Shown here: one piece after another, positions 32,201 to 44,787 of the stretch
How the letters are laid out: each line of letters begins with the position of its first letter
How positions within the stretch are numbered: the stretch's first letter is position 1
Source of the DNA: Craspedostauros australis
Taxonomy: Eukaryota
DNA: 52,595 nucleotides
Direction: 5' to 3'
Assembly: GCA_030167865.1 (NCBI GenBank)
Contig: JALAGF010003786.1
Span: 1-52,595 of the forward strand
Notes under the pieces: generated by a model
The model's database searches: none
Told to the model about the DNA's origin: nothing
What the model saw: the letters and a program-made list of their open reading frames with translations, nothing else
Made by a program: the position numbers and the translations under genes

Positions 32201-32454
32201 CTAACGAACTTGGCGGGTATAATTAACGGACACTGTACACAAACCGGCACCAGAGAAGATGGGTACGACGACACGTGATGAATCAAATGGAAGAAACACT
32301 GTGGGTTGATGTGATTAGTACGTGGAAAGTAGACTGCGAAAGCTGTGAAGAGTGATGTTGGCTCTTATTGTTTCGTTCTCATTCTGAGACACTCTGCTCA
32401 AGTTCAATATGCTCTGCTCAAGTGAGGGTTGCTGCGCTTGGTTTCGAGATAGAA

Positions 32455-32796
32455 AAAAGCTTGATTTGTCGCACTTCCTGGTGGATGCATTCTTTGAATT
32501 TGCGTTTTCCAATTTGCGCATATATACTGGTTGGGTTTGCTGCAACTCTGATGGTGTCATCTCTGTTCATACTCTTGGATGTCTTATTGGAGGAGCATGC
32601 TTGCTGTGGACATGTTGATCACCATGCCTCCATGAGAATTCATTGTGTCTCTTGGGTGTGCTCATCTATCTTGTTCCAATGAGGCCAATTTCATCACGGG
32701 GTGCGAATCTTTCTTGCCCAATTGTTTCCGATGATTGCAAAGGTGAGCTTCAATCTGGCTGAACACAACATTGACAAATTCAGCCATGTGGAAGTA
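32455..32796 (-). pseudogene. Decayed ORF resembling a multicopy diatom protein family (probably transposon-associated)
   Basis: Manual translation: YFHMAEFVNVVFSQIEAHLCNHRKQ...EQDR*AHPRDTMNSHGGMVINMSTASMLLQ*DIQE / MTPSELQQTQPVY / AQIGKRKFKECIHQEVRQIK, with stops and frameshifts. Family resemblance is from memory, not a search. Confidence 0.5.
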
Positions 32797-33003
32797 TGTT
32801 GACAAGTTCCGTGATTGGAAACCTATGATCGTGGAAGACGGTGTTGTTGATAGTTGTTCTGTTTGCTAATTCATTACATTGGCACTCCAATCCTCTCGGT
32901 GTCCGTTTTCTTGCCCGATGCTCTTGGCGCATTTGTCTGTCTTGTAGATTGGGTCGTCCGACTATGAGTCGGTGTGTGAGATGCTCTCTCGCTACTCTTC
33001 ATA

Positions 33004-33026
33004 CTCTCTCTCTCTCTCTCTCTCTC
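33004..33026. repeat. (CT)n microsatellite
   Basis: Uninterrupted ct dinucleotide run. Confidence 0.8.
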
Positions 33027-35199
33027 AATATTGTGTACATGTGCTACACGATAATCCTTGTTCAATGCGTGCTCTGCATGATAATCAGCAATTCAATACA
33101 GAAGGGCACCAAACACTGCACTTACTACACCACCAGGGTGATCAATCCGTCCGGTGGAGTTGGAGATGTTTGGTGTGTTGTTGTTCTAAGTTAGTTGTAG
33201 TCAATTGATGATTGAGTTTGGAATTGTGAGCACAAGATCTCACTCATCCTCATCTGATGCATCATTTCTACGATCTTGCCTGATTCATCATCAGGTCTTC
33301 CTACTGATCTGCTCGATGTCTTCATGTTACATCGTGCATATTTTCTACTTTGTTGCCCAAGGATGTTGTCTGCTTTGCGCAGTAACTCGTGTTATTTCTC
33401 CTCTTGGGTCTTTCTACCTCTCTGTCTGATCTTGTCTAATCTTGTCTGGTCTTGGCTGGTCTTGGAATCTCGTAGGATTCATATATCCCAACCGTCGACG
33501 TCAGTAGATTGCTTGCATCATCCCTGACATCACAAGACTATTTCCTAATTGTTGTTACCACGTGCTCACTGATGCACCTGGCGTCACTAGACAAGTCAGC
33601 ATACCATGACTATCACTTATTCTTGATTCCTCGGACCTCAGTGATGATCCTCTGACGTCATTCTCTGATGTCAGTGCCTACGTCATATCTGATGACAATA
33701 GAACCCGAACACCATTCGCATCATCAAGACTCATTCGACTATGCTATCAATCGAGTCGAATAACGTTCCAGTCATGTGTGATGTTAGCCGAAATTTCGAT
33801 CTAGATGTTGACACTGCATTTGACACTCCGTTTGTTCACTACTGGTTCCTACTCCACGAGTACTTACCATTTGAACTTCACCTCCTGTATCCATGATCTT
33901 GTTGCCCTTCGGTCATCCGATCTTCACCTTCTGCTTCTGACATGGGAACAGATGTCAACATGGTGACATGATGACATCCTGTTGACGTCAGTAGGCGTCC
34001 TTCTGCTCTCCAGATGTCACGTTCCATCAATGATGCGATGGTCTGTCAGATGATATCGTCATCTGAGGTTTAGTTGGGAGGTACATCGAGCTTCGCTTGG
34101 TACCATACGTTTCCATTGATGGATGGACGAACGATGTTCCTGATTCTCTCAGAAATCGGTGATTGCAAATTTCCTCCAGAAATTCTGCTCATTTTCGTGT
34201 GTTCCATTTCCACTGTGATTCTGACAAATCACACCATACTATTTCCACGAATGTAGTTGTACCGTACATAAATGTATAAGAGAATAACAGGTGAACGATG
34301 CACACATACACGTACATCTTGACATATACATACATGTGCATCTCGACATGCGCTCCGTGATCCTCAAAACAACAGATCAACAAGCAAATCGAATGCAGAT
34401 TCATTCGCTGGAACAAAGCATTTCTGCGTTAAAATACTCGTCATGCCTCTTTCCCCAACAGCCGTATGCTGCGTTCTATTCCAAATGGGAAGCCAAGAAG
34501 CAGGAAACTCCCAGCATCTGTCCTACCACATCGGGCAGGTTGACTCAAAGGAATTCACACATCGATCTCGTGCATGACGCGCCCGCCAATGCCACCCAGT
34601 CGTGCATACACGACGCACTGGGTTGACGTCCCTTTGACACCGATCGAAATATGCCAGAACACCATCGTCAAAGGAGACGCCGCACTAAGCAGGCTGTGCC
34701 AGCCGTGGCAGGTTCTACGCGTTTCGCAGACCCAGTATTCTCGTAAACTCTTCAGGCTGTTCCTTCATGTTGCTCAGCAAGGGCAGACAAGTCAGTGATA
34801 AACCAAGCTCTCCTGGTGGGAAAATGCATGGAATTGAAGGGAAATAATGGATTATGGGCACAGGGCACGAGCCAATTACATCTATCATGGTCTCTACTCT
34901 GCTGCGCACGATTCAGCTTGTCGTGTTCCATTTAACGCCACATTGACCGGTAATAACGTCTGCATCTCCTTGCGTTGGTCATATCCGTGACCGAATCCAT
35001 CAACACCAACCATCGACGCACACGCCCCCGCCTCCTCCTTGTGCGTTCGCATCCACCAAACTCCACCACCTCCTTCCATTCCGTTCCGCTCATAATCCGG
35101 TGCGAACACAGGGGCCCTTGTGATCTCCATCATCGTCTTCATCTTCCACAACAACCATAACAACCACAAAAGCAAGAACAACCAACAACAACAGCGAGG

Positions 35200-37353
35200 A
35201 TGCCGGACTTGTCGTTGTTCTTCCTGACGCACGTGTGCTCAGCGCTGCTGCCGCCCATCGATCCTGAGGATCAGGACTTCTACGACGTCCTCGGAGTCTC
35301 CGGCGGAAAATCCGCCTCGAACGAAGCCATCCGCAAGGCCTACAAGAAGAAGTCCTTGCAGCTGCACCCCGACAAGGTGGCGCAGCGCGGCGCGGACCAA
35401 GCCACGCGAGACGAGGCCGCCGCCCAGTACGAGAAGGTGCAGGAGGCGTACCACGTGCTGGTCAACGACGAGAAGCGCAGCAAGTATCACGCTCTGCAGT
35501 GCGCACCGGAGCGATACCGATTCGTCGTGCAACGCAACGGGCTCAGCAACTTCCCGGCCGTGCACCAGAACTTGGCGGCAGCCTCCTTCAGCGACAAGAC
35601 GCGGCTCGTGCTCTTCGTGGGCGTCGTGCTGGCCTTCTTCTGGATTCAGCCCATCCTCATCGCGACGAAGATCAACCACGCCCTCGCGGATGATGGCGAC
35701 GACCTCGAGGACTCCAAGTGGACCGCTATCCTGGCGCCGTACTGGATCTTGCACTCGCTCTACATCCTCCTTCAGTGTCTGCTGGCAGCGATGGTGCCGG
35801 CCGGCAATGTCAAGATATCCCTGTGCGCGGGCGTCGTGGAGCACCTGCTCTGGTTGACCACCGTGGCCGTGCTGGCCAACGCGTGGGACGACGGTCCATC
35901 ACGGCGGACGGAGCCGTTCCGCAAGCTCCTCACACCGGCCTACCTGGCCATGCTCGTACGTTGGTTCCAGGCCTGCGTGTTCCTGAACCAGATCCGCACC
36001 GACATCGGGCGCATGGTCAGCGTCCATCATCTGGAGACGGTCATCCTCGAGGGACGCTCCATGGAGAGCATCGAGGATGAGGCGGAACGTGGGCGCATCC
36101 TGTCGCAATACATCATCATCACAGTGCCGGATGACTTCGACCCCATCGTGGACGAGAACGACACGCAGGCAGATCAGGAGATGGAGACCGAGCAGCAGAA
36201 GATCGAATCCAGTCCGGAATACGACGCGGCCATCATGATGTACAATTCCGCGTTCTCCAACTTGACCAATTCGGTCATCTTTGGCACTCCCTTCATCATC
36301 TTGCTGGTGCGCAAGCTCGATGGCAAGATGGACGAGAGTTGGTGGGTCGTCTTCATTCCTTTTTGGATCTACGTCGGTTTCCGTCTGCTCAGCAATTGCT
36401 TCCGGTGCATCTTCATGCCTGTCATCATCGATGACGCCGACGATCTCATCATCCCGATGGCCATGGCGGAAGGAGGTGAGGGAGGCAACGACGACGACTC
36501 GAAGAAGAAGAATGAAAATGACGAAGAGCAGGCCGACGCGGCACCGATCGACGTCACTCAAAACGCCAGCAAAGCCGAGGAGGAATCATCGAAGGAGGAC
36601 GAAGAGACAGGGGAGCATCGCAAGGGCATTCCCAGGAATGTGAGAGAAGACTCGGTTGGATTTGATACCGTTGTAGGCGATGTCAGTTCCGGTCGGAAAA
36701 CTACGACCGGAAGCGAAACGAAAGATGGCGCAAGCAACTCTGCAGCGGCAACAGAAAAGAAGACGAAGAAATCCAAACCCGACAATGGAAATGATGATGG
36801 CGAAGAAGTCAAAGACGACGACGATGATGACATTGGCATCGACGCGGATACCTTCCGGGCCTTCCAGTCAGCGTACGCCAAGGCGGAGGAAGACGCTGTC
36901 CAAAAGCAGGCAGCGGCAGGAGCCAATTGCTGCATCGCCACCGCTCAGTTGACGATCCTCTGTCTGATTGTCGCCAAGCTGGAGGCAGCAACTGAAAGCA
37001 CGGGCAGCAACGATGTCGGGTTCAATACATTTTGGATCCTCTTCCCTTTCCTCCTTGTTTTCAGTCTCATCTACTGCAATTGTGTCTGCTTCATCTACGG
37101 CGTCTCATCCGAGGAAGGCATGTATGACGAGCACGCGGCGCCAACGGATCAAGCAGCGACCGACGATGTCGAAGCGCCCACTGTCATCACACCACCACCA
37201 CAAGCCTTCGTCCCACCCCCGCCGCCAACGACGGATGCGGAGAGCGACAAGAAGGAGAAGACTGATGCTTCTTCACAGAATGAGGAAGCCAAAGAGACTG
37301 CCAAACCGGTTGCTGCGCCCGCAGTCGATGTTGACATGGAAGACCTGGACTAA
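35200..37353 (+). CDS. DnaJ-domain multi-pass membrane protein (TMEM185/Fragile-X-F-like TM repeats)
   Basis: DFYDVLGV...IRKAYKKKSLQLHPDK...EAYHVL J-domain with HPD. TM hairpins ending W-x-x-[IV]-[LF]-x-P-x-[WL] (SKWTAILAPYW, SWWVVFIPFW, TFWILFPFL) with acidic loops. Confidence 0.85.
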   Translation: MPDLSLFFLTHVCSALLPPIDPEDQDFYDVLGVSGGKSASNEAIRKAYKKKSLQLHPDKVAQRGADQATRDEAAAQYEKVQEAYHVLVNDEKRSKYHALQCAPERYRFVVQRNGLSNFPAVHQNLAAASFSDKTRLVLFVGVVLAFFWIQPILIATKINHALADDGDDLEDSKWTAILAPYWILHSLYILLQCLLAAMVPAGNVKISLCAGVVEHLLWLTTVAVLANAWDDGPSRRTEPFRKLLTPAYLAMLVRWFQACVFLNQIRTDIGRMVSVHHLETVILEGRSMESIEDEAERGRILSQYIIITVPDDFDPIVDENDTQADQEMETEQQKIESSPEYDAAIMMYNSAFSNLTNSVIFGTPFIILLVRKLDGKMDESWWVVFIPFWIYVGFRLLSNCFRCIFMPVIIDDADDLIIPMAMAEGGEGGNDDDSKKKNENDEEQADAAPIDVTQNASKAEEESSKEDEETGEHRKGIPRNVREDSVGFDTVVGDVSSGRKTTTGSETKDGASNSAAATEKKTKKSKPDNGNDDGEEVKDDDDDDIGIDADTFRAFQSAYAKAEEDAVQKQAAAGANCCIATAQLTILCLIVAKLEAATESTGSNDVGFNTFWILFPFLLVFSLIYCNCVCFIYGVSSEEGMYDEHAAPTDQAATDDVEAPTVITPPPQAFVPPPPPTTDAESDKKEKTDASSQNEEAKETAKPVAAPAVDVDMEDLD

Positions 37354-37476
37354 AATACAGTGACAGAATAGGATGTATTTACATGTGTTCGAGAGAGTAC
37401 TCGTATTGTCGTGCGTTTGTAGAATGCGCCTCCACTGCTGCAACAACTTTCGACTCTCGTAGAATAGGATTCAACA

Positions 37477-39836
37477 TTACTCGGACATGAAGATGGATAT
37501 AATGCCAGCAGTCAAAGCCAACATGCCGAACACGATGTAGAAGATGGCGAGGACAAAATCCGCTGCATTCGGCGGGATTTCCTGCGGATCGTTCTCCAGA
37601 TCGGATTCATCATCGTCGTCGTCGGTCCCAGCCGCTTTTTGCTTCACGAGCTGCGCTCCGATGGTGTCGTTGATGGACCGGAAGGGCTGCTTACCGTTGG
37701 CGCCGCCCTTGCCGTTGCCTTGCGCGAGCGGTTGCTGCAATATCTTGATGTGGTGCTGCGGTTGCTTCTGTTGCTGCTGCGGCTGTGACGTGGGATTGTG
37801 TGCTGGTGGCAACGCCAGAATTCTGCCATCTATCGTGCGGGCGGTGCCGTATCCTTTGGGGATGGAATCGGCGCGCAGGAGGGTGGATTGCGTAGGCAAC
37901 GTCGATTGGTGATGCTGCTGTTCGAGATCCTTGGTGTTGGCTGTGAGCTGCGGGGAGGCCCTGCCCGGGCTTCTCGTGGGCATCAGAACGACCCGCGTCG
38001 TGCCGCTGTTGAGCAGGGCGGTGGCGTAACGCACGTTTCCAATTCGGATGGGATGCGGCGACTTCATGGCAAGATCGTGAATATGATCTGTGAGGCAAGA
38101 CTTGCCGATCCGCGCGATGAAGCACCAGATCGGCATCAGGAGGAGGTACCACAGAATCCTCTTGAAGGCCTGCACCAACCATGAGTCCGGCGGCCCGGAA
38201 CCTACCGAACTCGCCATGCTGTCGTCATCCCCGCTGGGTTGTCGGTACAGAGGCATCCTCTCTTCGCTTTGGCTTTGCTGTTCACCGCCGGCCACAGGTC
38301 CGAAATACGATCGCGAGAGTTGCAAGAATCTCCCGCCATGGACCGCCAGGTACACCATGCCTGGTGCCACGTAGGACAAGCAGCTGCCACCAAGCGCACC
38401 CACGAGCGCGAGAACGATGCCCACATCTTGGAACATGGCAGCCGGGACGAAGGAGATGACATACAGGAATAGCGTGAGCAAGATGCGTCGGTCCCTGCGA
38501 TTGAGGACCATGCTGTCGTCACCATCATGGGCGCTACGTCCCTCGAAGAATAGGACCACGCAGCAATGTCGCGCCACGAAGCATTCCATGGGGTAGACAA
38601 AGAGCATGGTGGTTCCCAACAAGACACGCGCGATGTCGGCGGGCAAGGAATTGTCCAAGGAATTCAAGATGTTGCCTTGCGTGTCTTCCTGAAACGCGAC
38701 GAAACCGCCCAGCCCGCATATGGATGCCAGGAGGCCGCATACGATGAGCGCGCTTCTCGTGACGGTGCCCCAACGGGACTGTGTGGGTCGTTCCAGCGAC
38801 CCGGCAATGATGAAGGAGCTGTGCTGGCAGACAAAGGCAAAGGAGAGAACGCCAAGGCCGACAAAGATGGTGTCATTGTTGATCGTCGATTTTCTCCAGT
38901 CGAAGGTTTCCCATGCTTCTTGGAGTGGTGAGCAGTATAGCACCAGGAATATCATGATGATGTCGAATATGACGTTCATGCTGGATGTCTTGGCCAAGTT
39001 TGCCATATCCTGGGTGTGCATTAGGATATTTGAGTGTGTGAGTGAGTGAGCGAGTACGTGGGTGAACGAGTGAGTACATGATGAGTGGACAGACAATTTC
39101 ATGCATGGGTGGAGCAAGATGGAGTGAGAGTGTGAGGATATTACGAGGATGCCATGCAGTCGGCGGACACATCACACGAGAGGATTGATTGGCAATGGCG
39201 CCCGCTGTATGTCCGTATCTTCGCGTCTTGCGCACTCACTCTCTGACTCGACAATGGCACCATGATTGTGATGGAAATGACAAAGAGCACGGCGCGTTTC
39301 ATGGGAAGATTGTCCTCCGAGACCCCGAGTATGGCGCTGAAGGTATCCTTGACGATCATGAGGTAGGACAGCATGGCACCGTACGCCATGACGAACATGT
39401 TGAGCGCGATGAATCTAAATCCTGCGCGTCCAAATGCCGCCTCGGCCAGACGTTCGTAGGTGGGGACCTGCGCATGCTTCGCGGTTTCGATGAGGAGGCG
39501 CAACGATTTTTCCGTGAGCAGCGCACACAGGACGATGAGCACGGTGCCTGCGCAGAATCCGGCCTTTTGGATGGCATAGGGCAGCCCCACGATGCCCGAT
39601 CCGACGATGGCATTGATGAGATTGGCGGCGCAGCCGACCACGGTGGACTTTTTCTCCTTGTCGCCAGCGTCTGTGGATGATGACGAGCCGCCCGCATCTG
39701 CCGACTTGGAGGACCGTTGCTTCCTCCGGCTGACCTTGACGTGCTTGCCGCTTGGCGTTCGTGTGTAATCGTACTGCGATCGATCCGATCGCTCGGATGG
39801 TCGGAAGAACGGGGATTTGGTGGTGGATCCTACCAT
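37477..39836 (-). CDS. Amino acid/auxin permease (Aa_trans, SLC38A11-like) transporter, ~709 aa; 2 exons (39836-39240, 39009-37477)
   Basis: ANLINAIVGSGIVGLPYA, YERLAEAAFG, SFAFVCQHSSF, GNILNS and YPMECFVAR motifs. GTGAGT..CCCAG intron 39239-39010 joins PLSSQR-DMANLAKTS. Confidence 0.9.
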
Positions 39837-41315
39837 CGTGAAGAGAGAGAGAGAGAAAGATTCCCTGTTCGAATCCGTCGTTGTATTCGTCGTAGTATTT
39901 GTGTTTATGTTCGGGTGTTGCGTTGCTTCTGTCGCTGGCTGCTGCCACCGATCGGTTCTATTGTATTTCAAATGTGGTTATTTGTGGTGCGTCTGTGATG
40001 ACGACGGTGGCGACAGCGTCGTCTTGTATTGCGTTTGTGTGGGACACGAGCGCCGGCACAGATGCAACCGAAAGTGCAAAGTTCCAAGCTGAAGTTTCGG
40101 GATGATCAGGGTAGATCGTACTTTGCGGAAGTTTGTATTGGTGGCCTCCTCTCTGTTGTGGACTAGTCGTACGATTATGACCCTTGTTCTCGTTTCGCTT
40201 GCGTTGTCGTCGTCCCTGCCGTTGCTGTAACGCGTGCTTCTCAATTCGGCTGTTGTCGGAACAAATCCGCAAATCAATCAGCGATGTGGATTCGCGTTGG
40301 TTGGCTCCGCAAACTGGGCTGCCTCTTCGCGTCTGTGGTTTGTGCTTGTTGTGAGAAGACGTGAGCAGTTGGGTTCGTCGACGATCAATGTGATCAATGG
40401 AGATACGGCACAGGGTGGAGTGTGGCGCGAGAATCGTTGTGTGATGACTTCGGGTAGACTGCAATTGCACCCAAGAGAGAGCCGGAATCTAACTGCTCGT
40501 GGAGGCACCAATGAAAGAGCAGATGAACGCTATCTGTAAAAATGGTATAGAAGGGTCTATGTTGCCTTATCTCTCTCTGGAGCGCACAAGGGAGAGATGC
40601 TCTGTCTTTCCAGTCCTATTTGATGCCGTCTGTGTGTACTCGTAACCTCTCTCTGTGTCTCTCTGGGGGTACCATTCATGTGCCTTCGTATTGGTGCTGC
40701 TTCTTCCTTTGTGTCTGTCTTTGGTGATGTCTCCGTCCACAGCCAACCGTGGCCTTCGGGGCAGGATCTGACAATGCCGCGATGGACAACAGACGCCGAT
40801 AATTTTGTGGAGGTTGCCGATTTGCTTCTTGGGTCGGGAAGTTTGGTCTTGTTTGTCGCGTTGTACGTCAGCAAAGCCGGAATGGAGACCGTATCTTCGG
40901 TGTCAAGTACCACAATGCAAAGTACTACTGCATGAGAGAGTACCACCAACAACATGTCTTGCTCGTTGCGGACAAACGTACAGACACGACTTGAAACCAC
41001 GACGCAAAAAGTGATTGCAAAGAGATCAACGCGCAGTTCGTGTTGTTCGGCTCACGAATATAACCGTTGGCCGAGTATCTACGACATGCAAAATACTGGA
41101 TTACATTCGTGCATGAATACAGTTGCAATGTTCCTTTCCGCGTCTGCCACATCCAATGCAGATGACCAAAACGAAACAACTGATGAAACAACAAAGAAGC
41201 CGTAACAGCATCACATGGCACACGACATCGCGCAGCCTGCATCTTCCAACACCGACCTCCTTCTCGGAACTCTGCCATCTCTGTCTCTTGTCTTTGGTTT
41301 GGATGTGAACAACGA

Positions 41316-41356
41316 TCAACAATCAACAATCAACAATCAACAATCAACGATCAACG
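41316..41356. repeat. TCAACAA heptamer tandem repeat upstream of the PH-domain gene
   Basis: tcaacaatcaacaatcaacaatcaacaatcaacgatcaacg read directly. Confidence 0.7.
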
Positions 41357-41695
41357 ACATCATACCAACAGCAAGCAACACTGGGAGGAACTGGAGCAGT
41401 TGCAGGAAGAGCGACATCCACAACAACATTCACGATCATCATCAGGAGAACGCATCAGCATTGTTAGAATTGTTGGCATTGGTAGAATTGGTAGAATCGT
41501 CAGCATTGGTGATCACTCGACAGGAGATTCCAACAGCTGGAGAACTGCACTCCGCTGGGATTGTGCGCCCTGCAACAGAGAAGGAGAAAGAGAGAGACCC
41601 TACTCTGAAAGCATTTGTAATCGCAGACAGACATTGAGTTCGGAGCATCCCTTCCAATCGATCATTCAATCGATCGCAGAAGGAAAGAGAGAAAG

Positions 41696-44600
41696 ATGGC
41701 GGCCAAACAGGGTCTGTCGGCCCAGATCAGCCAGGCCAGCGAAGATGCCAAGCGCGCTGTGCTGAACCGCACCAACCTCAAGTCCTCGCTGTGGTTCAGC
41801 AACCTCAACACCACCTGCACGATCAAGAGCGCGCCGCCGCGATCGCCCGAGGTCCTAGAGCTGCTGGCCACGAAGACGGGCTACCTGTTCAAGCGCAACG
41901 AGCAGCACGTGTGGCAGTCGCGATGGTGCTGCGTCGTGCCGCACACCTTCCTCTACTACTTCGACGTCGTGCATCCCAACACCGTCACCAACGTATCGCC
42001 ACCCAAGCTCACGTCGAAGCAGCAGGAGATGCTCAACCAGGCCGTGCAGCACGGCTACGGCAAGCGTGGGGAGGCCAAGCAGCAGCAGCCCAGGTCCAGC
42101 CTGTACCATGTTTTAGGTGGGGGCACGGGCACCGCGGCCGTGTCCACGTCGGGGCCACCGGACGGCAGCGCGGTGGACACCGGGACCATGGATTCCGCCT
42201 CCCTGCAACCGGCCGGCATCATCGATCTGGAATGCTACACCACGATACATCGCAATTCGAAGAACAACCTGCTGCTCGAGCTGGCCGGCGATGAGACCGT
42301 CAACCCGGATTTGCGCAGCTTCTACTTCTGCTCGACGTCGGAGTCGGAGGGCGAGGACTGGACGCAGGCCCTGCTCAACCAGCGCCATTCCTCGCTCGTC
42401 GACGAGAAGGAGGCATACCAGCAGGTCTGCGAAGGCTTCTCCCAGCAGCTGCAGATCCTGCACGCGCAGCTCGACGAGGCGCAGCTCAAGGAGCAGAATC
42501 AGCATGACGAGCTCTACCGCGTCAGATCGCAGATGGAGGACACGCGACGCAACTGCTGGCGGTTGGTGCAGGACACGCTAGAGCGCAGCGAACCCAGCGC
42601 ACCGGCCGCGAAGAAGGCCTACCGAACGGATCTCGAGACGATACAGTCGCAGGATCTGGGCCTGCTTGCCGCGGTCCAGCTGCTTTGCGATTACACCAAG
42701 GTGCTAGAGGAGACCTGCGGCGACTGTACCTCCAAGGTCACCAAGCTGCAGTCCCAGCTCGAACAGCGCACGCAGGGCGACGAGACCAAGGTGCACCAGC
42801 TCGAGGCCGAACTCGCGCACGTCAAGCAGGAGATGATGCAGCAGCAGAACACCTGGCAGACGCAGCTAGAGACCTTGCAGCAGAAGTACCTCCTGTCGCA
42901 GAAGGAGTACCAGGACGTGCAGAAGGATCTGGCCAACCAGAAGGTAGAGATGACGATGTACCAATCCACGACGCGCAGCAAAATGAACCAGTGGAAGGAG
43001 CAGAAGCGCGTGCTCAAGAAGGAGGTGCTGGAGCTCCGGGGCGTCGTCAAGGATCTCAGCAAGGAGGTCCGAGGCTATCGCAGCAACCATTCGGTGGCCA
43101 AGATAGAGATCGAGCAGGAACGAAAGAACGCGAAGCGATTGGAACGATACGTGGAGAAGATGGAATCGCATGTCAAGATGCAGCAGAACATGATGGAGAT
43201 GATGTCTGCTGCGGGCAGCGTGTACGGTGGGGACGGGGAGTACGACCACATGTTCGATGCGACGAGTGCGCCTGGCATGGTCGGCCGTACCGTGCGTGCC
43301 ACGCAGTCAGTAAGTCGCGGTGACTTTGGATCAGTGAATGATGCCCCGTTGCCGCGATCCGCCTCGCCGTCTCTGCCTCCTCCTGGCAAGCCGGAATTCG
43401 ATGGCATTCTCATGAACACACCGTCGTCGGTGCAAGACAATGAAGAACCAAGCCCTGCTCCGGCTGCGTACAGCAAACCGCAACCTACGCGGGGCAGCAG
43501 CACGCGAAGGATGGTGAGCAACAGCAGCAGCAGCAACAACAACAAGGACGACGATGATAACAAATCTCACATGTCGGAGCTCACGGAAGACAGAACGCAG
43601 AAGCAGTTTGACGCTGCCTTCCTGTACCAGCAGCATCACATACAAAAGCAGACACCCAACATACAGATGATCCCGCAGCGAACGGCACCGCTTCAAACCA
43701 CTCAGGAAGGACCTCCCACAGTCATCGGAGTATCTTACGAGCAGCAACAGCTCCTGGATCGGGCTGAGAATGCATCTTCTGCGCCTAAATTGGACACCAT
43801 CATGTCCGTCCATTCCAGCAAGGCTCCGTCTTTAATGAGCAATTCGCGTTTGCGAAACGAGGTGCCTCGGTACGAGACCAGCAGCAGCAACGCCACCACG
43901 GCCGCCAACAACACAAGCACCAGCAGCAGTGGCGGTATCAGCAGCAGTGCCCCAAAGTACGTCTCATCCACTCCGCCGACGTCAGGAAGTACAACCGCAG
44001 CAACGCAAGCAGATTCGGGATCCGCGTCGAGTCTCGGTTCCAAGCCCAAGCTGAGTGTCGCTCAGCGTGCGCGACTTGAAGCTGACAGACAGACGACGCC
44101 GGTGAAAGTGCGCATGGATACGAACAGCATGAAGGTGGCGACGCCCGTTCGAAACAATACGGCGTCGCCATCGTTGGGCAGAACGATCAACACCACATCC
44201 AGCGGCGATTCATCCAAAAGGCACAAACGGCCATCGCCCAGCCGCGGTGGCTTCCTGGCCACTTTGGGACGACGCTTCGAAGATGTGTTGGACAACAGCG
44301 TTCTCGGCGTCACCATGAGTGACGATGAAACTTCCGCCCGTAGCGGGTCCTACGCGACAAGCGGATACACGAACGCTGAAAAGTTACATAGTGACGAAAA
44401 GAAGGTTGCAGATACTGCATCGGAGGCGTCGACGGTAAGTGTTGGCGTTGGCATGGTATGGCGTGATGTGATGTGACATGGTTGCAGCTTGTATCCTGTT
44501 GGATGATTGCGCAACGTACCAACCTCACAGCCTGCATACTTTTCAATTGCTTCTCTATGTACGACACCATGCTATCGGAATACTCTCTACTATACGCACT

Positions 44601-44787
44601 TCAGAATGTAAGCCTGTCGCTGGTCGAACGCCAAGCCATCCAACGAGCCCAGCAAATGCGATTCTTGAAGACACAAGGCATAATCCGAAACGAAGAGCAA
44701 GTCCGTGGAGGTGCTGGTTCGACGATGTCAGACGCCGGATCGGTCGTCTCTTCGGCCGCAAGCCCTTCGCGATCAATCCGTGGATAA
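41696..44787 (+). CDS. PH-domain protein with long coiled coil and Ser-rich disordered tail, ~973 aa; 2 exons (41696-44434, 44605-44787)
   Basis: KTGYLFKRNEQHVWQSRWCCV...YYFD...PAGIIDLECY...FYFC...EDWTQAL (PH fold with an insert), followed by heptad-rich coiled coil. GTAAGT..TTCAG phase-0 intron 44435-44604. Confidence 0.82.

Noticed and set aside
33190-34250. Intact LTR retrotransposon
   Set aside because: No paired LTRs, primer-binding site or gag/pol ORF could be identified. Only compositional decay and the TGACGTCA cluster are reportable.
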